The notes below the pieces were generated by a model. The model had not been told where the DNA came from, did not search any database, and saw nothing but the letters and a program-made list of their open reading frames with translations. From Felis catus (Eukaryota), in the NCBI RefSeq assembly GCF_018350175.1, contig NC_058368.1:77874001-77938000 (forward strand): 64,000 bases of DNA, written 5' to 3'. Positions 37,945 to 49,593 of this stretch are shown piece by piece. Every line of letters begins with the position of its first letter. The first letter of the stretch is position 1. A program made the position numbers and the translations under genes.

Positions 37945-39907
37945 TCCGTCACTAGCCTTTTAAACGTGTGTTATTTTCACAGGATCCCAGTTTCTGTTTC
38001 CACTTTATGTGGCTCTTTCACTCCTGTCCCCCACCGGCCCCCGGGATCATCACATCTACTTACAGGGCATCGTATGACCTGTGTACGTGGTCATCTCTGA
38101 ATCACTTACCCCCGGGCCCTGCCTGCCCTGCCCCGTCTCACGTCTCCCCTGACCTCCATCCCGCCTGGCCTGGCCTCACCTGGCTGCTCTTGCTAGAGCC
38201 CCAGGAGGTGGAGATGCCCGCAGATTCTGCCTTCTCCACCCCGATGTGAGGGCGCGTCTTCCTGCCCTCCCCACCCCGCCCCGCCCGAATAGCTCCTACT
38301 AATCAACAGAACAATACAGCACACAGCCCCTGATCCCTTGTTGCTGTGGCAAATGCAGTCATGCTGTCATTTCATCCTCACTGACACAAAGAAGCAGGTT
38401 CTGTTCTCTTCATATAAAAAAAATGAGGTTTGCAGTGGTTTCCCAAGGTCACGCAATAGAGACTAGGGAGCAAGGACAGCATCCATGCCTGGGCTGGGCT
38501 TGTGCACTATCTGCCTTTGGGACCACCTCACTGAATCCAAACCAGGTGCCCCGCCCCCCCGAAAGCTCTTTCTGGCCCCACTGAGAATGTCAGGGCACCT
38601 TCTGTGGATGTACATTTGAAATCAGGTGGCAAACTTCTGTCTACCACCCCCTCACGCACCCAATCACAAATAATTAGAATACGCAGCCCTTGTCTTTGAC
38701 TGTCAAGAGTTGGCTAATTGTGCTGAATATATCCTGGAAGTTTTTGCTACACATTTATCGTCAAAACGCTTGAATCTGGTGAATACATCAGGCCATGTGA
38801 TCAGGAGAAAGGACCAACTTAATTTGAGCTGTTGCCCACTCTGCCCTAAGATGTGTGCAATACCGAAGGTCACTGTCATGGTGCAAATCCAGCTGAGGTC
38901 AAGAACGTCAGTCATATACAGGGATTTAAAAATGGATTCACTTCCTCCACCCTCTTCTTGCCACTAACTGCAGGGGCTCTGGTACAGGAGAATGTCAGGA
39001 CTTTCCTCCCAGGAAGGAAGATCCACCCACTATCAGATTTCTGGAAGCTCTAATTAGAAACTGTCAGCCTCGGGTAGAATGTCAGAGCCTGTGACGGGAC
39101 GAGGGCACGGCCCCCATCACGCGACCCTCCCTTCCCCAAAGCCACTTCACGGACTGTCACTTACTTCCTGGAAGAACACCCAGGCCTGATCAGAGGGGAC
39201 TGCTATTTGTTCCTTCCCTCCCTTGAAAGTGTGCAATCACATGAAGCCATGTGAAGATCAAATGACCATTCCAGACCTCACGGCCTTGACAGCGCATGTG
39301 CATTAAAAACATTAGTTTTTTCCATCGAAAGAGTCACAAAGATGGAGTAGGATCCCGTGTCTCAAGATGAGATGGGCAGTTGGCATTCTGGGCGTTATGG
39401 CTTGAAGAAATGCTTGAAGATTCTCCCTTTAAAGAGCCTCAGATACTCAAGTGCAGAAGAGTGGAATGAAAAATCCAGGGCACCCTTAGCTTGGGCATAG
39501 TGGACAATACAAAAATATGTGAGTTATCTGGAAAATGTGAAACGATTCAAGGCTGGCCAGATGGGCTGAGGCTCCTTCATAGGGCTACTCTGCCCTCTGT
39601 CATGTCGACAAGACATTGTTATGACAGCATCGTTACATGAGATTTATATGATCTTTATCTTTCAGAAATATTACTCTAGCTACAGTTTAGAGGAAGGATT
39701 AAAGGGAAGACAATTTATATTTGGAATATCTACATATCTCAAACATAAGTGATATAAATATATATACCATTCTAATATATGTGTCAAATATGTACATGTA
39801 TATACACCTATATGTGTATATCTCACATTCAAGTGCACACATACATGCACATTTAAAAAAACAAAATCATGCTTGTGTTTATTTGGGTTATAAGACTATA
39901 ACTTAAC

Positions 39908-40126
39908 TTTTTAAAAAATGTTTATTTATTTTGAGAGAGAAAGCACAAGTGGGGGAGGAGCAGAGAGACACAGAGAGAGACACAGAGAGAGAGTGAAAAT
40001 TCCAAGCAAGCTCTATGCTGTCAGCACAGAGTCCAACTCAGGGCTCCATCTCATGAACCACAGGATCATGACCTAAGCCGAAATCGAGAGTCAGATGCTC
40101 AACCAACTGAGCCACCCAGGCACCCC
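39908..40126 (-). mobile_element. SINEC
   Basis: Reverse-strand element, head-to-head with the next SINE. Confidence 0.92.
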
Positions 40127-40158
40127 AAAATGATTTTACTTTTAAAGTCATGTAAATT

Positions 40159-40400
40159 GGGGCACCTGGGTGGCTCCGTTGGTTAAGTGTTCGACTTTGG
40201 CTCAGGTCATGATCTCGAGTTGCATGGGTCTGAGACCCGCATTGGGCTCTGTGCAGACAGCTCAGAGCCTGGAGTCTGCTTCGAATTCTGTGTCTCTGCC
40301 CCTTTCCCCTGCTCTTTCTCTCTGCCCCTCCCCTGCTCACATTCTGTCTCTCTTTCTCTCAAAAATAAATAAACATTTAAAAAACATTTAAAAAACATTT
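40159..40400 (+). mobile_element. SINEC_Fc
   Basis: Head ggggcacctgggtggctccg. The tail has a triplicated aaacatttaaa. Confidence 0.93.
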
Positions 40401-41307
40401 AAATCATGTCAATTACTTTATTAGAGCAAAAAGGGGGGATAATAAAATATCAAAATGACAAAAAATCCCTGTAGAATATGAAATATTTACCTGTTCAAAC
40501 ACCCTACAGATGATGAGACACTGCTCTAAGTGGACATATGTCTAGACACAGTAAATTGGACTTCTGATGTCAGGGATGTATATGAACTGGTATAAACCTA
40601 ACAGAGGAAAATACAGCAATATTTATCAAGATTCTTTAAAAGGCTAAGCATTCTATTTTATTGTTCCCTTCCTAAAATTGTGTTGTAGGAAAAATCAGAC
40701 TTGGGTCAAAATTGCCTAATCAATTATGTTAACAACAGTGTTACTTACAGTATTTGAAAAACCAAAACTAAACTGGATGTTCAACGAAAGGGGAACACTA
40801 AAATACTTCATGGCTAATTCACATAATAGAATATTATAGAGACATTAAAACGATTTCTTCCAAGAATATGTGAAGATGTCACAATAAACTGTCAAAGAAA
40901 AAAATACAAAACAACATAAAATATGATCAAAATATTGCTTAAAAGGTTTTTCAATCATTTATTCCCTACTGCGTTTAATCAGGTTATTCAGTCAACACAA
41001 GTCTGTGATTGTATGATCAAGGATTAAATGTGAAAGCTAAGATAATGAGAACAAAGAAAACAAAATAGTAGAGACCTTTGGTTCAGATGCCTTAATGAAG
41101 TTTGAACTGAATTTTCTAGAACACTTTGCATGTGTGGGTTTAGAGTGACCTCTTCTTATTTTGTAACCTTTTATGTGTGTTTCTGCCACAGTAAATTGTG
41201 AAAAATGCCCCCGCACAGCAATGGCCTGACTATTTTCTAAGTGGAATCATGAATTATCGAATTTCTTACTAACCAGGCCATGAACAATTACAGAACCCAC
41301 AAAGTCC

Positions 41308-41309
<2 letters not shown>

Positions 41310-41354
<45 letters not shown>
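41310..41354. repeat. (TG)n microsatellite
   Basis: Read directly; about 65 nt downstream (minus strand) of the exon C donor. Confidence 0.95.
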
Positions 41355-41355
<1 letters not shown>

Positions 41356-41418
41356 AAAATGAAAAATAATCCTGGCTGGACTACTTTTGAAGCCGGTGAC
41401 CTTCTTTGAAACACTCAC

Positions 41419-41480
41419 AGAAGCGTAGGGTTTACACATTCAGCTTGCACTTGAAACAGCTTTCTCTTCCCCTGAGGAAC
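41419..41480 (-). CDS. Exon C (62 nt, phase 0-2)
   Basis: cctctagtgtttcag|GTTCCTCAG...ACGCTTCT|gtgagt. Only one frame is open: VPQGKRKLFQVQAECVNPTL(L). Confidence 0.65.
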
Positions 41481-42855
41481 CTGAAACACTAGAGGACATT
41501 CTTCAAGCGGGGGGATCAATTGCTCCCCAGCATGTGCCTGCTGGGAAGGTGCAGAGTGCAGGGGACAAAAGGGGCATGTGGACAGCAAATCTCCAGGTGT
41601 GCACTGCACAAAACATTCTAGAATGACCCATTCACTTCATCTAAATGTTTCCACAGCTCCAGAGACAACAGTGCCCTGTTCTACCTGGCCGTGCACCATG
41701 CCAGATCCCGCTCGCTGACTTCTAGCAGGTGACCAACCTCTCTGAACGTCCGTTTCATCCGGCAGACCTCACCAGGCAGGTCAAAAAGGATTTAGCAAAG
41801 AACTGGAGTTTCATGCAGATTTTGTTCTCCTTTCTGGGAGGAACTTAAGGCAGCTTAGATGATGATTTACCGGACTTTCATCTCTGGCCGGCACACTTTA
41901 TATACTCTGGGATCGCTCAGCTTCCTAGAGTTCTTTTAATGTTTTTCAATTCAAAGTGATATTTTTAGATCAACAATTTAATATTTCATTTTTCACAAGC
42001 TTGTCCATCTTTTCACATAAATAAATTGATAGTAACCAAAGACGCCTGTTTCAGACTGTTTTATTTAAGAACTTTAGCCCTCGTTAGCTACAAATGGTGC
42101 TAGGCTAGGATTCTAGCTGTTTTCTTCTCTATCAATCACCCCTTAGGTATACCGAGTGCTTAGCATACAGTAATTGCTCAATAAATATTCGTGGAAGCAA
42201 AGACTGTCTACAGCAGAACCTGGGGCTGGGGGGTGGGTGGGGCTGAAGGTCGGTTGGAGTCGTGGTCCATCATAAACTGCAGCCGCTCAGAGCCAAGCAT
42301 CCCTCTAGAGGGGCAGACTGTCCTGCAGGGCCTCGTGCCCTGACAGGTGCGAGCCCCACCCTCGGGGCCTCCACGGGGTCTCTGGCAGGTCCCTCCCTGA
42401 CCGTGCCAGAGCCCCGTCACCATGCACTTCCCTCCTCAGCTGTCCTGCTTTTACCCGGCTTCTGTCCTCTGGCCCTGTGAGTTTTTATAGCACTGAACCA
42501 CCAACCTCTGCGTGGAGAAGACAGCCCTTCACAGGGAAGCTTCACCCAGCTCCCTGTTCGTGAAATTTGCAGTGCACCTGACTTTAACTGAGAATCCGAT
42601 CTGTCTTCAGGGCTCTGCACCGGGATATATTTGAGTCTAGCAACTATACAAAGTTCCTTTTCTGAGAAGCAGGGACACATTGTTCGCTACTCCCCCACTG
42701 GATGGGCAGCGCACATCTGAAAGCAGTCCCCCAGCCGGGACACAGGGGATGGTGGCTGCGGGAGGTCCTTCCAAGGTGCTCCCAGGAGCTCTAAGGGCTC
42801 AGCAGCAGGTCAAGAGGGGCCACTGCTGCCCGGCCAACCTCCTGCCATAACTTGC

Positions 42856-42886
42856 TGTTGGACTTTCACAGAGAGTAAAACTCTCC
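42856..42886 (-). CDS. Candidate exon B (31 nt, phase 2-0, GC donor)
   Basis: ataggctttttcag|GGAGAGTTTTACTCTCTGTGAAAGTCCAACA|gcaagt, encoding (R)ESFTLCESPT. It joins exon C in frame with the GC donor. Confidence 0.45.
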
Positions 42887-43142
42887 CTGAAAAAGCCTAT
42901 AGTGACTGTGGTGACAAGCTTCTTTGGCACTGGAGTGCCCAGGACAACAATTTCCCAGTTTCTGGAGGGCTGTCCGGGCTCCTGCTCTGACACCAGCCCC
43001 ACACGTGTGCATGCGTGTGAGCACACGCGTGCAGGTATATAGCGTTGGCCAGTTTTTCGGGTTATCATGTTTTTTTTTTGGAAGTACATATTTGAAATAG
43101 TTTAGTTATAGATGAGTAAGTATGTAAAGAATTGAGGTTTTA

Positions 43143-43362
43143 GGGGTGACTGGGTGGTTCAGTCGTTTAAGCGTCCAGCTTCGGCTCAGGTCATGATCTC
43201 ACGGCTTGTGGGTTCGAGCCCCAGGTCGGGCTCTGTGCTGACAGCTCAGAGCCTGGAGCCTGCTTCGGATTCTGTGTCTCCCTCTCTCTCTGGCCTCCCG
43301 CCCGCTCATGTTCTGTCTGTCTCTCCCTCTCTCAAAAATAAATAAACATCTAAAAATAATAA
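43143..43362 (+). mobile_element. SINEC_Fc
   Basis: TSD taaagaattgag(g/t)ttt. Confidence 0.93.
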
Positions 43363-44642
43363 TAAAGAATTGAGTTTTCAGCCACTAGTAATAAAATTAT
43401 CACCCTTGAATTATCTTTTCCTTAGTATCGGCTCTTGGCCCTACATTACTTCACAGAAGAACAGGATACACACACCGTATTCAAGGGATCAGCAACTCTA
43501 CTGCAGGAAATGTGTTTTTCTACCAGCAAAATAAAGAAGTTGGCTAGGTCAAGGATCCAAAACCCTATTTATTTATTTACTTGTTTATTCATTCATTCAT
43601 TTGTTCATTCATTCACTCATTCATTCTACTTACTCATGTATTCTACTTATATGTGTATATGTATGTGTGTGTGTAAGACTGGCCTGTGCCTACTTCAAAT
43701 GAGATTATATGGACCATCTCTAATCCCTGGGACTGAAATAAAACAGATACTGATTGGGTTGAGCTTGGGTTTGGGGGACAGGCTGCTGGGTCTAGCCCCT
43801 CACTCCCTCAAAGGTCCTGGGGTGCATTCAGGAACCCACGGATCCAAGGAGAAAGGTTTGGGGAAGACACCACTCTTTTCCACAGTCTCAGTGTCCTGTT
43901 AATCTCTACACCTGATTATCACGTAGGCTCCTGTAGACATGAGGGAGAGCCAGGATGGCCCCCGGGGTGAGCGGGGTAGGCTGAGCCAGAGCAAATGCAG
44001 GAACAAAACGTCCATACCCCAGGGAGGCTCCACCTTGTGACCCTGCACTGTCCTGGCTGCTACTGTGCTGACAGGAGGCCATCCTCTCCAGGGAGCCCGA
44101 AGTGCTCCAGAGCCCCCTCTGTGTCTCCTGTCATCAGTCTCGACGCTGCTTGTCCCAGAAGCATCGCCTATTTATAGATGCGAAGCCTGGGAAGCAGCAA
44201 AGGAGAGCAGTGGAAATGATGCAGTGGCCTCATTGACTCACTCCTCTCCAGAACCACCCAAAGAGTCGTGAGTCTGCCTCTATGACAGTGTGTCCTCGTC
44301 TCCTGCTGGAAGCTGAAACCATACAGCACCCAAATGACCCCTGGCCATTTCACTGACAGACGGGGCTACCCAATGCACCTGACACCCCGAAAGGGACAAT
44401 TTCAGGATGTGTTATGAGTCTGTAAATGTCTGTCCCAAGCTTTCGAAAACTCCACATAGACTCAGATTCAATTAACATCGAACGAGCTGTCGTGTCCTAG
44501 CCTCACGTAAACCCCCCTATGTGGCATTTATTCTTCTAAACCCCTAACAATTCCGTGATAGAGACAATTAATTATTGTCTCTGTGCTGAAGATAAAGGGG
44601 GGAAAAATGCAAAATGTGTTGTAAGAAGCCAAACATCAGCGT

Positions 44643-44751
44643 GGGGTTCCTGGCTGGCTCAGTCGGTGGAGCGTGTGACTCTTGATCTCGGGATCCTGAG
44701 TTCAAGCCCCACATTGGGCGTAGAGATTGCTTAAATGAATAAACTTAAAAA
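44643..44751 (+). mobile_element. Short old SINEC (lacks the CT region)
   Basis: ggggttcctggctggctcagtcgg...agagattgcttaaat, followed by a GAG/AAG-rich tract. Confidence 0.85.
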
Positions 44752-45438
44752 GAAGGAGGAGGAGGAGAAGGAGGAGGGCAAGGAAGAGGAGAAGGAGCCA
44801 CCAAACAACAGCAAATGTGACTGTGATGTCATCATCAGGATGGGATCACCCACCGACCTCCTGCCCGTGTGGGGTACCAGGGCCCCGCCCTCACCCCTCC
44901 GCAGCCAGGCCACCGTCTTCCCTCTCAGCCTCAGCACCGCAGGTACATGCTGTTCCTTCACACGGTTTTGAGCCCCGCTGAGCCTTCTCCAACACACTGC
45001 CGATCCGCCTCTGCCCCCCTGGGTGCTCAGCTCAAACGCTGCCATCCCAGGAAGTCCCACAGTCTCCCAGTCCAAACCAGGCTTCATGCTCATGCTTCCT
45101 AGGGGCTCCCGTGACCTGCTTCTCCCAACAGTTCCTTCAAACGTGTAATCATTTCAGTAAAGACGTGTTCATTTATTCAATATCCGCCACTCACACTGGA
45201 CTATAGACTCTGCAAGGGCCAGACCCTGTCTGCCTTGTCCATTCTGCACATCTATTTAATACAGGTCCCACTGAAGGTGCCATACCAGCGCTTTTGGATA
45301 AAATAGTCTAAGACTTGTTACAAGGAGCACTTTTACTGGAGCCCAGCATGCCTTGCAATACACCGCTGGTGCAGAGATGGCTTCAAACGATTTCAAAAGT
45401 CTAATTTACTTTTTTTATAAGTCTAAAATGAAATCATA

Positions 45439-45697
45439 GGGGCGCCTGGGTGGCTCAGTCAGTAGAACGTCCGATTCTTGATCTCAGCTCAGGTCATGAT
45501 TTCATGGTTTGTGAGATCGAGTCCCATGTCGGGCTCTGAACTGACAATCCAGAGCCTGCTTGAGGGATTCTCTCTCTTCCTCTCTCTCTGCCCCTCCCCG
45601 CTTGTGTGCTCTCTCTCACGCGCGCACGGTCTCTCTCTCTCTCCCTCTATCTCTCATTCTCTGTCTTTCAAAATAAAAAAACTTAAAAAAATTAAAT
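45439..45697 (+). mobile_element. SINEC
   Basis: Head, CT-rich body and A tail. Confidence 0.92.
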
Positions 45698-48089
45698 TAT
45701 ATTCAGGGCTAATTTTAATGACAGATACTCCTTTTTTCGTATTCAACTTTCCGTAGTTGATGCGATGTGTAAAAGGTAAGGTAAACATAAGCCGTGATGT
45801 AAGAATGCATGATTTCATTTTGACGTTCCCCCAACCTTTTAAAACCTACTTGGTGAAGAAACTTTCTTTGCCGCTGGTAAAGACCTCTAGCACAGGCCCT
45901 GTGTCGTTTATGCTTCTGCATCGTCCAGAGACAGGGCCAAGGTCATTTCACATTGCAAAATAATCTCAATTCTGTAGTTACAATCTGCACGTTACATGTG
46001 CGATTCCAAACTCCAAAATTAACTCAGCACCGAGTCCTCCCATTTCCCACGCTCTGCCTGCAGAGGGGAAGGAGAACTGAGGTGTGCCTGCTGGGTTCCC
46101 AGAGAGGCTGCAGCGGGACCACAGCTGCCGCTCTTTACTGGGGACACTGGTAAAGCCTCTTCAAAGATTTCCTGCTGGCTCCTCTCTCTGTGCCTGTATC
46201 TATTATCTTGCGCAGGTGACTTGTATTCTGGGTGCTCACTTGTGATCTCCCTCAGCCTCTGGGATCCCAGACAAAGGCATCCTATGGGGATCTCCTGGAC
46301 TCCTGAGTCAGGGGACCCACATCAACCCAACACAAGCCCTTGTCTCTACAGCCCACATCACTTGCATGAAAGGCACTTATGGATCCTTGCTCCAAAGACT
46401 TTGGCCAAAGGCTACTCCTGCGGCCACTCCCAGGACATCCCCTCAGCCATTTCTTCTCCATCTGGGCTGCCCAGGGCACATGAACCCCAGGCAACACCCC
46501 CAACTTTCTTGGGCTCAGGCACAGGAGAACCACCAGATCTCTGAGCCTCTCAAGTGCCTCACAGCTCTATGTGTGTGTTACAGACCCCCACGCCAATCCC
46601 AATGTGTTTACGGTCAGAAGTAGTAATTCCCCACCTACAGCCTTACTTCATATGGTGGGGGGGGCCCAGTACCTTTTCGAACCTTTATTCTTCTCCTTGA
46701 ACTTGCTAAGAGTCTGAGTCTCAGAAGCATGTCTGAGGCCACCTCCTGTGTGAGTGCGCAGAGCAGGGGGCAGGCATGTCTGTGTCACCCTCTAGTTGGC
46801 TGATTCCTGCCCATAGAGGAGCAACTCAGGAACCAGAAGGTGGAAGAACCCTATTCCAACATTTTGATCCACCCTTGAAGGCAGGATGTGACACTAACAC
46901 TCTAGTCCTCAACAATTCTAGACTCATGGCATTTGTCAGAGCAGGGAGCAGTCCCAGGTGGTAGCAGAGAGGACTCAGGGAAGAGAACGAAGGCAGTGGG
47001 ACTCCAGGGAAGTTGACATCTCTCTGCCCCGCATTCTTTCCAACCCGACCATAGCTTTGAGACACAGGTTCCGAAGACAGAACACTGTCAACAGCATCTC
47101 GGATCTTTCAGCATCTCAAACGCTCGCGGTTGGCAAATCGTGAAAACATGTGCAACTTCGGCTCGGTCGTCTCTTCTGGATTCTCTAGCTACCGAGGATG
47201 AAGGGATACTCGACACTTATCGACAAGCACGGATGTGGGCTGACATCTTCAATCTGGTGCCAAGTTTCTGAATAAAATAACACCTCTGCCTCTTTTCGAC
47301 TAGCTCGTATTCGCGGACCTCAATCCTGAAGGTGTCTGAAGGCCCATCGTCTCCTATGCTGCCCCACTGAGACTTTCCTTCCTACTGCCGAGCAGGCCTT
47401 TACTCCCCAGGCTCATGAGTCTGGGGTAACTGGTGCCCTCTCCCCTAGGTTTTTCTGTGCATCTTCCTTCCTGATAAAAACAAAAACAAAACAAAAAAAC
47501 CCTCCTCAGAGACAAATACTCTCTTTTTGTCATTTTTACTTCCTCAATATTATTAAAGGTAGGGAAGGAACATGATGAGGACGTTGAATATTAAAGTATT
47601 TTTTAAATGTATCAAAATTGACTACATAAGAAAAACAAGTGCTAGAATTCAAGCACAGAATGACAGCAGCTTGAAATAAAGAACAGTCTAATTTAAAAAA
47701 AAATGAACAACTGTATATTAGCTTGGATTCTTGATGGATGTGTGCAGATGAAGAATTTAGAAAGAAGGAAAAGATGTCACACTATATTGCTTTCCAAAGG
47801 CACATTCATATTGTAAGTGGGGATTAATGATAGATTGTATACATTACTCTAACCATGTCTCTATTCTGTTAGGACATGGAATATATATGATTTTTTTAAA
47901 GGGGAAAACTTAATCTTAACTGAAGCTAAATTTTATTTCAGCAACATCCCTCTAAATCTTTAATGGGTTGGTGGATTTCTCTACACATGCCATATTCAAA
48001 CCAAATAAAAGATAACAGCCCAGAGGGAAAAGGGATGATACATGAAGGCAAAGCACAGAGATGTAAGTGATGACATCATCCTGTTGATT

Positions 48090-48770
48090 CATGGAACCAG
48101 TCCAGTTGGAGCACCTGGGCTCTGCCACCTCTGTTCTGAGCTACTGGTTTTCAATGGTGACTGTGAGAAAGGGTTCCTCTCTCATCGACTTGCATTCTGG
48201 CTGGGGAGGAGCAGATAACGAACATGTGACCCACAAACATCGCTGCCAGTGGTGCCAGGAAGAACAGACAATAGGCTGATGTATAGGAATGCAACAGGAC
48301 AAGGGTGTCAAGGCTGGGCATGGTGTGGTGGGTGGTGAAGGATGGCTTCTTTGAAGGAGTGGTGTTTGATCTAAGAATTTTATGTGAGGACCTGGGGAGG
48401 TCTACGGTCTGTCCTGAGGTTTCAGGGTAAGAGTAAGCCTAGTATGTAGGAGACACAGCAAGAGGGACAGTGGGAAGGGGTATGGAGTGGGGAGAGTGGT
48501 AAAGAGTAGCAGACGGGGTGGGAGGGCTGCAAGGGCCCTCCCTGCAGGTGAGGGCTTTGTTTTAACCATGATGGGGCCACAGGAGTGGATCTAGGTAGGG
48601 ATGTATTCACAAAGTTTGCTGGGATTGTTGTGTGTAAGATTATAATAATGAAAGTGCGGCCAACATGGCAGCCTTGAAGAGTTCCAGATGGGTTGCATCG
48701 AAGGCTGGGACAGGAGTGCAGGCATAAAGAAGATGAGAAGCTTTGAGCCTATGGCTGCTTGACTCAGAGC
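48090..48770 (-). mobile_element. L2 remnant
   Basis: Purine-rich antisense L2-like sequence (gaaggagtggtgtttgatctaaga, ggagccacagg-like motifs). Confidence 0.45.
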
Positions 48771-49593
48771 AAGTGACAAACAAATGAGAGGTATGAATTT
48801 TCCCCAAGGATCGCAAGCACTTATACTACGTATCATAAATACATCCTACAACCGTCCGAGGTTTGAACGTCTATAAAATACACTCACCCCATTTGTCCCC
48901 CATGACCACCCCACGAAGGAAGTCATGTTGTGCCCATTTCTCTGCCCCCCCTGCAGTCTGTCCCATGATTACTCCAACTCCCCTTGTCTTAACAATAGTT
49001 TTAATAATTTAATAAGGAAAAGCATGGGTCTCAGAATATCAAATTTTATAGTCAGAATATCAATATTTTGTAATCTCAGAATATCAAATATATGAGACTT
49101 CAAGTAATTATGAATTCAGTAATGATAACTTTAAGCATTTAATATTTTTTTTCTTTAAAGTTTGAGAAATTACAAAAGTCAGCCTATGGAGACAGGTGAT
49201 CAAAACACCTTCCCTTCCCTGTACTTCCATATTTCATTCACTACTGCTATCTCTGTTGAGGGCAAATGATCATAGGTATTTCAGATTCCTTATTCTTGGG
49301 ATTTACATGTGTGGATAACTAAGGACTAATATTACTTTATTTAAATCTGTAACCCTTGCTCACTTGGTCTCTACCCCATGGCCCAGATCTCGTGTTTTAC
49401 ATTACCTGTACACCATTTAACACTCAAACATCATTCCACTTGACTCAAAGAAAACAAGTAATTTTCTGAGGTTAACCAGAACATTTTCATTTATTTGGCT
49501 TCTCTTTTACAACCAGTTACCAATTAGGTTCAGTTCAACATTATTTAAAGACTGTGACTCTTCCCAGAGTATCACCAAGAAACCATGCATTTC

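Noticed and set aside
47060..47270. CpG-rich segment with a minus-strand acceptor
   Set aside because: All three frames hit stops and there is no convincing donor. It may be regulatory, but nothing supports that.
49029..49090. Repeat-spacer pattern as CRISPR-like
   Set aside because: Only three 12-bp cores with about 10-nt AT-rich spacers, in mammalian DNA with no cas genes.
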